Virus record (IMG/VR): IMGVR_UViG_3300024307_000003
Span: 1 to 64,000 of that record
Reading direction: 5' to 3' (one strand)
Source: a virus
Length of the DNA: 64,000 bases
The notes beneath the pieces are model-generated. The model did no database searches. It was not told the origin of the DNA and was given only the letters and a program-made list of their open reading frames with translations. Shown here piece by piece: positions 47,945 through 57,476 of this stretch. The stretch's first letter is position 1. Every line of letters starts with the position of its first letter. The translations under genes were made by a program, and so were the position numbers.

Positions 47945-49237
47945 TTATCTAGTCCCTAAATCATAGACTTCATATCCCGGCGCGGAAGCTCCGAATCTAC
48001 TATCAGCACCATAATCTACGGAAGTCACTAGAAGATTCTGTTCGTAATCGTAGTAAGCACCGCCAATACGATGGTAGTATGCACTTCGCATAGTGCTATG
48101 GTTCCAGTAACCATGCTTGTATGGGCGTATCATGTGCGGAGGATTCAAACTTGGATTACCAAATGAATCTGCTAAATCCTGCAAATCAAATAACCAGTAA
48201 TAGTTTGCGTATGCTTGATGATAATAAGCGCGGTAAGCTTGCGAGGTATCACCATTATCACTAGGTTGACTTGCACCGTAGCAGATGAATAAACCACCGG
48301 GAGGATTATTGTATGGGGCACGACGGTCTAAATTAGACCCGATACACATCAGTGTATTTGTGTTTGGAAGAATGAAGGCCCCTGCGATTGCTGATAGGTG
48401 ATTCCACAGTTGCGATTGTAAATCATCAGATAGTTGTGTTCCCGGGCCAAAGGGAAAATCCATGGCAGGAGTTGTGCTGATAAGCGTAGGAGTATCGCTT
48501 ACTTGCATATCGTCAAAATTAACCGGCCATGCCGTTGGACCAACAGCCATCCGGGAGATGATAGGCCAATATCCTACCCCACCACACATTAAGTGGGATG
48601 CCCCACCAAACGATGATCGCCATGATGCAGGTAATTTAACTGCGCGCCCAGCACTGCGGGCAGCACCAGAAATCTGGAACATACCGTAACGTGTGAACGT
48701 TGAAAGTGCTGCTGCGTTACGCAATAACGCAGAGTTATATGCATCAAGTGTGTTACTGTAGTAGCTATGACCGCCTAAATGTAATTGTCCTGTTCCTACA
48801 TAACTTGGATCAAGCGGATGCGAAACTGCATCATAGGAAATGGCAGCCAGCTTGAAATCGGCGCTCATGTTGGTGAACTGAGTGTGTAAACGTTTGAACC
48901 CCTGCCGATTAGTTCCAACGTTCATCGCCGCACGATTAGTTGTGTTGACCAGCGCCGGAATGTTGAATTCACCCACCGACTGGCGACCATTTGTTTCAGT
49001 GCCCTGCACAAAAATACGGCCAGTTGCTGTACCTTTGCTGATGCACTGACGACCGATGTAAAACATATCATCTTCGCCGGCAGTGTTTGGGTCCAGTAAA
49101 AAATGACCGATGACGACAGGCGCGGTAACGTCTGGGTCATACAACCCAGCAGAAGCTTGGGGATAAGGTCTGTAAAAACTGTCTGTATGTTCGTAAAGAG
49201 GAACAGTTGAGCCGGGTACAACAATAGTCTTAGACAT
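47945..49237 (-). CDS. virion-associated beta-rich protein (possible propeller/glycan-active)
   Basis: 430-aa ORF; N-terminal 26 aa homologous to those of 49230-50471. Confidence 0.65.
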   Translation of the reverse strand: MSKTIVVPGSTVPLYEHTDSFYRPYPQASAGLYDPDVTAPVVIGHFLLDPNTAGEDDMFYIGRQCISKGTATGRIFVQGTETNGRQSVGEFNIPALVNTTNRAAMNVGTNRQGFKRLHTQFTNMSADFKLAAISYDAVSHPLDPSYVGTGQLHLGGHSYYSNTLDAYNSALLRNAAALSTFTRYGMFQISGAARSAGRAVKLPASWRSSFGGASHLMCGGVGYWPIISRMAVGPTAWPVNFDDMQVSDTPTLISTTPAMDFPFGPGTQLSDDLQSQLWNHLSAIAGAFILPNTNTLMCIGSNLDRRAPYNNPPGGLFICYGASQPSDNGDTSQAYRAYYHQAYANYYWLFDLQDLADSFGNPSLNPPHMIRPYKHGYWNHSTMRSAYYHRIGGAYYDYEQNLLVTSVDYGADSRFGASAPGYEVYDLGTR

Positions 49238-50471
49238 AATGGTGTGCCCCTCTCTTAGTTGTGGTTGGTCTTACTGTGTCGTCAACATCGTACAGAACAT
49301 CCGCTGATCTATTAGAAGATGGGACAGCTGCGCCTCCTGTGGAGTTCAATCTTAGGTTCCCTGTTGAGGGATTTACAAACCACGATGAACTTGCGTTTAA
49401 TGTATTATTGTCTCCAGTATAGTTAGCAGAATCTCTCATTCTTATACTGTCATCAGATAGATTATTATCCACTACTAAACCACTAGACCATCTACCTTGG
49501 AAAGCATCATTAACTTGGCCATTTGTTACCACGGTATTGTTTATGGCTTTACCATTAGGACAATCCCACAGATTAATTGCTCCATCTGACCCAGCTATTG
49601 TTTCAGCACTGAACCTGCCTGCGGCCATATAAACCATATTGTTTCTAGCAATACCACCATAGCAATCATTTTCTCCGCCGCCCCTTAAAATCAAACCTAG
49701 AGATATAGATCGGGCACAATTAATAAAAGTGTTCTGTTCCACAATAGGGTTTGTTGATCTGTTCCAGAAATAAACGGCTGGGCTATATAAGTAGTAGGTT
49801 GCTCCTCCGGGAAGAGCTGCAATTTCTGCTGCTGTTGGAGTGTTCTCAATAAATTGATTCTTTCGTACTACCCAACCACTACTATTGTGGACATCTATCA
49901 TTCCACCATAAAAATAACCTGCACCTTCATGGTCTGTTGTAGGGCGTCCGTTTGTATATGCAAAATAACTATTTTCTACAAGTCCATTATTAATGGCGTC
50001 GGGAAATGCGCTGACTTTCAAAAACTGTTGGCCCATATCCAACATTCTTACGTTTCTTAATGTAGGGCTAGTTGCTCCGGCTCCGAAGGTAACACCGTGA
50101 AAATAAAATTGCTCTATTGTTAAATCTTCTACTGTCAAACCGGGGTATTGGGAATATATACCGTGAGGACAACCACCGTAGCTGGAGTTGTCCATTCCCC
50201 TTCCCCTCAATACAATATCTGAAGCTACTCCAGAGGCACCTTTTATTGTTACATTGCTAGCTGCTGGAACTAAAGTATTATTGAGAACATAAACACCCGG
50301 CCAGACAATTTCAATTATGTCGTTTGGTTGGGCAGAACTTATAGCCGCCTCTAACCCGGACAAGGTGCCTACTTGTACAATACGCCCGTTGTATGGGTAA
50401 GGATACCAGTACGTATCTGGGTGTTGGTATAAAGTTATTGCCGATCCCGGCACCGTTATTGTTTTAGCCAT
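49230..50471 (-). CDS. right-handed beta-helix (pectin-lyase-like) probable depolymerase
   Basis: LEAAISSAQPNDIIEI..PGVY; repeated N-ladder motifs (VENS, VRKN, VEQN, ARNN, AINNT). Confidence 0.8.
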   Translation of the reverse strand: MAKTITVPGSAITLYQHPDTYWYPYPYNGRIVQVGTLSGLEAAISSAQPNDIIEIVWPGVYVLNNTLVPAASNVTIKGASGVASDIVLRGRGMDNSSYGGCPHGIYSQYPGLTVEDLTIEQFYFHGVTFGAGATSPTLRNVRMLDMGQQFLKVSAFPDAINNGLVENSYFAYTNGRPTTDHEGAGYFYGGMIDVHNSSGWVVRKNQFIENTPTAAEIAALPGGATYYLYSPAVYFWNRSTNPIVEQNTFINCARSISLGLILRGGGENDCYGGIARNNMVYMAAGRFSAETIAGSDGAINLWDCPNGKAINNTVVTNGQVNDAFQGRWSSGLVVDNNLSDDSIRMRDSANYTGDNNTLNASSSWFVNPSTGNLRLNSTGGAAVPSSNRSADVLYDVDDTVRPTTTKRGAHHYV

Positions 50472-50545
50472 ATTCCCTCTTCTTATTTTGGGGAATGCAC
50501 ATTCGTGCAAAGAAGACCCGTCTTGTGCGTGTCTTCGGAATTCTA

Positions 50546-50576
50546 TAAAGAAAAGGAGGGATTGCTCCCTCCTCTT
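50546..50576 (-). terminator. intrinsic terminator after the major capsid gene
   Basis: AGGAGGGA-GCAA-TCCCTCCT-TTTCTTT on the minus strand. Confidence 0.75.
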
Positions 50577-50591
50577 GTTCTTTAACTACTA

Positions 50592-51617
50592 TTAGGTAAT
50601 AGTAGCTTTTACAATCAACTGAGGCTTGGCACAGAAGTGTGCGAAGTTGGATTCAGTTTCAATGTCATAACCTTGACCACGGTCATTCTCATAAACAAAA
50701 GCGTACATCGGAACACCAACGGTGTTGACATAGCTGTTGTGTGACATTGGAGCATAAATAGTCTTGAACAGACCACTTACCATCGGGATAATACGAGCTT
50801 CACCAGCAGGAATCAGTGGGGTGCCTTTCATCTGACCGCGATATTCGATGTGCAGAATACCAGCTTGATCAACGAAGGTACGATGGCCACGACCAACAGT
50901 CGGCAGACGATCCCGCAGGAAGTTACCGTTAGCGTTAGTAGCAGCAAACTGACTGTAAGCTTCTTTAACGTTAGTGTTGGTAGTCAGCTTAGCGAAGAAC
51001 TCTGGAGAGTCCAGAGAAATAAAGTCAGTTACAATCATACCGTCTTGCAGGTTGTCTTGAATGTAAGCAATAACTTCTTCAGACTTAGCTTGAGGAACAC
51101 CAGTACCACCAGTGTCGATATCATAATCTACAACTTTCTGAGTTACACCCAGATCAGTGAAATAGTTGGTAGATACAGTTCCGTTAGGAGCGTACACAGT
51201 ACCGTCTTTAATCAGTTGCAGACGCGACCATTCGCGCAGTTGTGCCCAAGAGTTATTGATGCGCAGCAACTCTTCTGCTACTTTAGCGTCAAAGCTGGAG
51301 AACTCCTGATCAGTACCCGGAGCGCGCTGGCTTTGAACGTCTTCTGGCATAATGCGGCCATCAAACGGGAAGTGAGGAATAGAGAAAGAGAAGGTTTTTA
51401 CAATCCCTTTATCTACGAACTGATCACGACGGCTTCCCCACATGCGATCTTCTGGCAGACTGAAACCAGACTCAATTTGATCGTACTGGAAAGTACGGGT
51501 GCGAACACCAGTTTCTTCAAACAAACCCAACTGGTTAACAAGACCATACATATTCTCAATCTTGTTAACGTCCGGGGTACGGTCCTCAAGGAAATTTGTG
51601 TCTTTACGAACTGCCAT
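50592..51617 (-). CDS. major capsid protein (phage_cap_E-like)
   Basis: QLGLFEE..VRT...IPHFP...PEDVQ...IETESN; position. Confidence 0.92.
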   Translation of the reverse strand: MAVRKDTNFLEDRTPDVNKIENMYGLVNQLGLFEETGVRTRTFQYDQIESGFSLPEDRMWGSRRDQFVDKGIVKTFSFSIPHFPFDGRIMPEDVQSQRAPGTDQEFSSFDAKVAEELLRINNSWAQLREWSRLQLIKDGTVYAPNGTVSTNYFTDLGVTQKVVDYDIDTGGTGVPQAKSEEVIAYIQDNLQDGMIVTDFISLDSPEFFAKLTTNTNVKEAYSQFAATNANGNFLRDRLPTVGRGHRTFVDQAGILHIEYRGQMKGTPLIPAGEARIIPMVSGLFKTIYAPMSHNSYVNTVGVPMYAFVYENDRGQGYDIETESNFAHFCAKPQLIVKATIT

Positions 51618-51642
51618 TAATTATTCTCCTTATTATTCTAAA

Positions 51643-52347
51643 TTACAGCAATGGGCCAAAAGCTTTGGTTTCTGCAACAACAATCGAAGCAGCTTCCATC
51701 GCATCATAGATAACTTGTTTTTTGGTGGCGTTATCGTAAGTGGCATCAAGAATCATGCCTTCTGCGCTCACCATTGCATCCCGTACCAGAACAACTACTT
51801 GGTAGTCAGTGTTGGCAGCAAAAGTTTGTTCCAATTGTGCATCTTGTGTGCACATAAAAATACCCGCAAAAACTTTACTACCATCAGTAGCAGTTTCTAC
51901 AGCAGGCTTGTACTTTTCAGAAGTCTTAACTACAGTGATGTCAAAAGCATCGCCGCCAGCGAAATCGGTAGAACCGTCTGCCAGAGTAAATGCCAAACCA
52001 CCAGCAGAGAACGCGGAAGCTACAACACCATAACCGATGATAATACCGTCCGGGTCTTCTACAGAGAAGTCACCGAGGTTAGTACCGGGTTCCAGAATAG
52101 TAAGTTTATATACACCAGCTTTAGCACCACCGGATACAGTTACAGCACCCATGGTTCCGTTACCAGTGTTACCAGCAACAGCTGCGCCGGAAGCAGTACC
52201 AGCAAACAACTTGCCCAGTACAGTACCAACTTTAACTGTGGTTTCTGCGGCTACGCGCAGGGTTACAGTTTTACGGCTCATTCCTTTCGGCAGTTCAAAT
52301 TTGACTACGTTAGAAATAGGCTTGATAGAGGTTTCGAGTAATCCCAT
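51643..52347 (-). CDS. head decoration protein with inserted domain
   Basis: SRKTVT...VGTVLGK; insertion AVAGNTGNGT...GDAFDITV. Confidence 0.8.
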   Translation of the reverse strand: MGLLETSIKPISNVVKFELPKGMSRKTVTLRVAAETTVKVGTVLGKLFAGTASGAAVAGNTGNGTMGAVTVSGGAKAGVYKLTILEPGTNLGDFSVEDPDGIIIGYGVVASAFSAGGLAFTLADGSTDFAGGDAFDITVVKTSEKYKPAVETATDGSKVFAGIFMCTQDAQLEQTFAANTDYQVVVLVRDAMVSAEGMILDATYDNATKKQVIYDAMEAASIVVAETKAFGPLL

Positions 52348-52357
52348 TTTCCACTCC

Positions 52358-53641
52358 TTATTGTTTTACTTTGATATTTTTGTTTTTAGCTGCTTGCGCT
52401 TGCAAGGCAGCATTAAATCCATCTTTCTTGACTTCTGGTTTGATTTCAGAATCACTAACACCAACTTCCTTCATTGCTTCAACTTCGTCTTTCATTTTAG
52501 CAATAGTGGCGTCTTTAGTGGCGATAACGTCAGCAGCCATTTTCATAGCAGCATCAAACATATCAATAGAGACAGACCCATTGAGAGCGGAACTTGCATA
52601 GGCATTTACATCAACCCCGGCAAACGCCCATTCTTGTGCTTTGGCTTTGAAACCTTCCAGTTTCAGATTATCAGCTTCATCTTTAGCTGCTTTAAGTTGA
52701 GCAGCGAATTCTTCTTTTTGTTTTTCAAAAGCGGCTTGAAGATCAGCAAACTGAGCTTTCAGTTCATTATCTACACCAGCTTTAGCAGTAGGTTCTGCCA
52801 TTGGTTTATTTACCCCTTCTTTCAAATAGGAATTAAATTCATCACGGGTCATTAGCTTGTGAACCAAACCCTTTTCTTGTGCTTCTTGGGCAAGGAACAC
52901 ACCAGCTTTGGTGTTTATAATTGCCTCTTCAGAAAGCCCCATCATTTCAGACGTATATCCAACAAACTCTGAATACAACGTACTCACCTTGTTTTGAATA
53001 TCAGTCAGAAACTCCTCTCTCCATCCACCATCTGCATTGAACGGGATCTTGTTATCCCCAGCAAAGATGTAAGTTCTTTCAACTCCAGCTTTCTCCAGAG
53101 CCTTATTAACGTTCGTGAGCTGTACAACAACTCCAATACTTCCTGCTTGTGCTGAAGGATTCATAATTACTTCATGAGCAGAAACAGCCAAACCATAAGC
53201 AGCAGAAGCAGCATATCCGTCAACATAGGAAATCAGACGAACACCAAACTCGTCTGCTTTAGATCGCATGTAGCGGCCAGTCTCAAACATTCCGTAGGCT
53301 TCTCCACCCGGAGAATCCACAATCAAAGCAATCGTTTTGTACCCAGCAGCAACTGCTGTATCAAATTGAGTGACAATGGATTGGTAAGATGTATTCTCTG
53401 TGCAGGTGGCCATATCAAAATAAGATTTGTATGTCAGCACACCATCAACATTAATAGCCCCAATCTTGTCATCTCCCGGAATAGGATTCCGACGAGCTTC
53501 CTTGGTTTGGATGTTGGCAAACTCAATAGCTTCGTCATTACGAGAAGCCAGATACTGCTCAATCCTTTCCAATACATCTGGAGACACTAAGTGTGGGGTG
53601 TTGTATAATGCTTTTGTAATTCTTAATAGCTGTCGTGCCAT
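52358..53641 (-). CDS. S49 prohead protease-scaffold fusion
   Basis: VDSPGGEA, AASAAY, AGSIGV; C-terminal coiled-coil scaffold. Confidence 0.9.
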   Translation of the reverse strand: MARQLLRITKALYNTPHLVSPDVLERIEQYLASRNDEAIEFANIQTKEARRNPIPGDDKIGAINVDGVLTYKSYFDMATCTENTSYQSIVTQFDTAVAAGYKTIALIVDSPGGEAYGMFETGRYMRSKADEFGVRLISYVDGYAASAAYGLAVSAHEVIMNPSAQAGSIGVVVQLTNVNKALEKAGVERTYIFAGDNKIPFNADGGWREEFLTDIQNKVSTLYSEFVGYTSEMMGLSEEAIINTKAGVFLAQEAQEKGLVHKLMTRDEFNSYLKEGVNKPMAEPTAKAGVDNELKAQFADLQAAFEKQKEEFAAQLKAAKDEADNLKLEGFKAKAQEWAFAGVDVNAYASSALNGSVSIDMFDAAMKMAADVIATKDATIAKMKDEVEAMKEVGVSDSEIKPEVKKDGFNAALQAQAAKNKNIKVKQ

Positions 53642-55119
53642 TATTTACTCCTGTTCCCGGCAGCTTTATCACCACCACCTGTTCCTGATCCAGTACCCGA
53701 TCCCAATCCAGACTCCATACCTTGTCCGGCCTTGGAAGCAGCAGGAGGCTCTTTCACAACCTCTTCAGGATCACCATCAATACTCTCAAGACCCAACACC
53801 TTACGAACACGGTTGTACTCGTCTCTACGGCCTTCTACAGCACCTACAGCGAATATCCGTTGAATGGCTTGGGACATCACATCTACATCTTCTTTCTCAA
53901 TGTCTCCGTACTTCAGGATAGGAGTTTCTTCCTTGGTCCATTCATTGTAGAGAGCCAGTTGCTCAATCAATTGTTTCTGAAGAGTGTGGGTGATAAAGGA
54001 CAAATGTTCTTCTGCGGCTTGTGCTACAAGATTTGTTTTGCTGTCTGCCAGAGAGAAACTACCGTGAGAGTCGTTGCCGAGATTGATAAGGTCAGCAAAA
54101 TAAGCCATCAGTATCTCTGTCTTACGACGCTGTATGATAGCTCCTACATCATGGTTTTTCTTACCTCCGTCAACACCCATAAGGGATACGTTGTACAGAG
54201 GCTTACCTGTGTCGGTGTAATCTACAGGGCACACAATGCACGATTGGTTTCCATTCTGGAAAGCCTGTGCCTGATTGAACATGGTGTTGTAGAGAACAGC
54301 TTCTTCACTCTTAGGGTCCATAGTGGCCTTAACCATTACAGACTTGGGAAGGTCTACTTTCAGAACACCTGACATGTCCTTGCTGATACCTGTTCCTTCA
54401 ATATCTTCAAAAAGACATTTGAATTTCCAAGTGACGTAAGCTTTAAGTAGAGGAGAGCGCCCTTCTGGATTATTCTTTGTTGAGTTGTAAGAGAACAATA
54501 AGAGTTTAGAGAGTGGAATATCTACTGTTGTAGATACAATCCCATTACCATAAAGCCTACTGGATTTGACGTTCTGTCTAACACCCTTAAGCTTTCTTCC
54601 TGTCTCTTTGTCCCAGAGCCATTTATCAATAGATATTTGTGCTCTTGGTTCTAATCCTTTAACACGATACCAACCTTCGTATTCCCCTTCTTTGATAGTC
54701 TCAAATATCTTTTCAAGGATTGAGAATCCTGCCCAAGAATAGGTTAGAATGTCGTTCTTAACTGTCTGGAAAGATTGTCCATCCAGATTGTCAAACATCC
54801 AGTTTACGAAGTCAGCGTTGGCTTTCGCCTTTTCGTTTGTTTTATCAAGAGGCTCTGCATAGATAGGGACTTTCTTCACTAGCATTAAGAACAAGTCCAC
54901 TGCTGTAGCGACAGAAACATCATAAAGCATCGTCTTGAACGTCTGAATGCTCTGAGGGAATACTAGTTCCCGTTTAGCTTCTTCATAGATACGGCCATTA
55001 ACGATGTTTAATCCTGAGTCCCCTATTGCAGAGTCCTTGAATCTCATCACCCCTGTTGAAAGGTCATAAGAAATACTATCTAACTCTGACAAGTAACCTC
55101 CGGAGGAAATCTCCATCAC
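53641..55119 (-). CDS. portal protein
   Basis: AGFSILEK...NPEGRSPL...GSFSLADSK. Confidence 0.9.
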   Translation of the reverse strand: MMEISSGGYLSELDSISYDLSTGVMRFKDSAIGDSGLNIVNGRIYEEAKRELVFPQSIQTFKTMLYDVSVATAVDLFLMLVKKVPIYAEPLDKTNEKAKANADFVNWMFDNLDGQSFQTVKNDILTYSWAGFSILEKIFETIKEGEYEGWYRVKGLEPRAQISIDKWLWDKETGRKLKGVRQNVKSSRLYGNGIVSTTVDIPLSKLLLFSYNSTKNNPEGRSPLLKAYVTWKFKCLFEDIEGTGISKDMSGVLKVDLPKSVMVKATMDPKSEEAVLYNTMFNQAQAFQNGNQSCIVCPVDYTDTGKPLYNVSLMGVDGGKKNHDVGAIIQRRKTEILMAYFADLINLGNDSHGSFSLADSKTNLVAQAAEEHLSFITHTLQKQLIEQLALYNEWTKEETPILKYGDIEKEDVDVMSQAIQRIFAVGAVEGRRDEYNRVRKVLGLESIDGDPEEVVKEPPAASKAGQGMESGLGSGTGSGTGGGDKAAGNRSK

Positions 55120-57444
55120 TCTCTGTGATGTAAAAATCCACTAATATTTGTAAATTGATTTTGAACTGGTGCCTGTACAGATGCTGACATGGCTCCGGCT
55201 AATCCTTTAATGTCCACTACTTGTTCTCTAGCGAGGAAATTGAAACACGATGCTGAGCTATCCGCCCAATCAATTTTTACCCGCGCTGTAGCTTCTTGAC
55301 CAACAAACTGCTCTAATTCCTTTAAGAAGGCTTCAAGAGATGCTTGGTTTTTGAAAGAGGACTTTACAATCCTCACCAGTCCATTCATACATGCAGCAGA
55401 AAATGGTTCAAAACGTGTAAGCTTGCTTTTATTTCCCGGCATAGGATCAGCTCTTACAACAAAACCTTTCTCTATAAGTTTTTTTGCGGACTCAAGAAAC
55501 TCTGTATCTCCTGCTTGAGCAGGATCGCGGCTGAACACAACGGAACACTCAGGCCCATCTGACTCGGCCTGTTTTTGTATCAGAAGATCACGTTCACCCG
55601 GAAGCCTTCTGAACTTACCAAAAATACCCGTATCTGCGTCTGTACATTCAGGATGATGATTACCCATCAAATAATAATATCCATCTTTATCTTTAGCCAT
55701 ATGCGTTGAGGCTGTGTAGTCTGGATACTTATTAATGTCTGTCGGAACTGAAGAGGCTTTATCCCATGCTCTTGCATGTTTAGCGTTTGCTGGTACTTTA
55801 TCTACTACAGTCAACCAATCCCTATTGAAATAACTTCCTTCGTTAAGGACGTATTTCCAACACCCATCTAACAATGCAGCTTTCTCTGCTTTAGTGTTAG
55901 CATCAAGAACGTCTGCGTATTCGGGGTTGTTGTCCAACAACTTTTGGTTGTCGGTCAGCTTGGAAGGTATGAAGGTGTAGGTAAGAGGATTCTTACCGGG
56001 GAAGTTAGTGCGGAGTTCTTCTTCACTCCAAGAAGTGAAGAGATTTCCTTCGAAGAATATGAAGTAGCGTATTTTTCCAGACAATTCCAGAATTGCATAA
56101 CCATCTTCATCAAGCCAAGGTTCTATCCATTCCTTAATCCAGCAATCAGGTTCAGGGTTACAACTCACCCGAACAAAAGACCTATGTACGGAAGCAGAAC
56201 GTGTTCTTGTTCTAACATAATTGAAATGATCGAACTTGAACTGTGTTCCTTCATCGAAATATATACCTGTATACTGAGCACCTTGATAAGTCTTCTTGTG
56301 CTTATCTAATTCGAGATAAGAAAATTTACAGCTTGCTCCTGAAGGGAATATAATTCTATGGTCTTTCTCTTTTATTCTAGCCTTACCTTTAAACTTACCA
56401 GTAAGGGGTCCAGAAGTATGAACAAGGAAGGGAAGATAAAGCTCCTGAGCTTCTGGCCATAAAGATTCATCCAGCTGTGTTGTGTTCTGTCGAAAATAGA
56501 TAGCTTTGTATTTAGGATCATCTATATACTTCAAGCTATCCATGAGAAGGGCGTAGCTCTTGCCGCCGCCTGCTGCCTATTTGTTTCTCAAGTCTCCTTG
56601 AGGATCGGACTATATCTTCACCCTTTTAGGGGCACCTTGTTTCGGGCTGTAATTACAGCCCTACTCTACTCCCTTCCAGCTATGCCGTGGTTTCGATAGT
56701 CTCTGAACGTAGTTCTTTTGTCAGGTCGCATAACTTCCTGCCAGTAAGAAGTTCACCAATATAGTCTTGTCTGCAATGTAGCCCAAAGTAATTCTTTATT
56801 TCTTTGTAGCTTTTACCTTGTCTGTGCATAACGAATATTGATGTTATCTCATCCATTGATAGGTGAGAAAAGGTCTTACCTTTTGTTTTTATATTTCCAG
56901 TTCTTACAGCGTGACGCACATTCTCATAACCGCTAACATATTCTAAATTTTCGAGCCTGTTGTTGAGTTTTATGCCGTCTTTATGGTTTACTTGGTGCTT
57001 ACCTTCTGGTTTTAATATAAATGTTTCAGCAATTAGAATATGCGTCCGTACAGAACGTCTTTTATTGCCATCTACAAGTATAATTTCTTCGTATCCGTCC
57101 CATGTAATTTTACCTTTAAGACGGGCACACCTTTTTCCTTGAATAAAACCTTCACTATCTGCAAAATAACCGGGAAAATTAAAAATCTCTTTCTTCAAAA
57201 GAACCTCCGCTGCTGATTGTCTAATCTTATTTGTTTTCATACCTTCACGCTCTATGTTACCATACACGTTGTGGTCAAACAAGCTTTAAAGAGTTTCCAG
57301 CAATTAAAGGTGTTTATTTTGACGCATTACTGCGAAAGGTGGCACATTTCTACCACCGTAAAATACTAAATGAATCTCGGTAGGAACATTTATGAAAGCC
57401 GATTGTGGACCGCGCTGTGGTTGTACAATATAGTATTCACTCAT
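55116..57444 (-). CDS. terL: terminase large subunit, two exons (57444-57352 and 56576-55116)
   Basis: Splicing yields PQRGPQSAF...VFYGG|AAGGGKS Walker A; Walker B IYFDE; SCNP; RAWDKA nuclease motif. Confidence 0.93.
56577..57351 (-). mobile_element. group I (IA-type) self-splicing intron in terL
   Basis: P1 GGTGGT/GCCACC with U-G; P AATTGCTGGAAA, Q AATCAGCAG, R TCAGAGACTA, S AAGATATAGTCC; terminal G at 56577. Confidence 0.93.
56680..57198 (-). CDS. intron-encoded HNH homing endonuclease
   Basis: HILIAETFI...QVNHKDGIKLNNRLENLEYV...EN.RHA; probable TTG start after GGAGG (alternative ATG at 57240). Confidence 0.88.
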   Translation of the reverse strand: MKKEIFNFPGYFADSEGFIQGKRCARLKGKITWDGYEEIILVDGNKRRSVRTHILIAETFILKPEGKHQVNHKDGIKLNNRLENLEYVSGYENVRHAVRTGNIKTKGKTFSHLSMDEITSIFVMHRQGKSYKEIKNYFGLHCRQDYIGELLTGRKLCDLTKELRSETIETTA

Positions 57445-57476
57445 TGTCCCTCCTTAGGTCATAGCCCTTGTATTTA

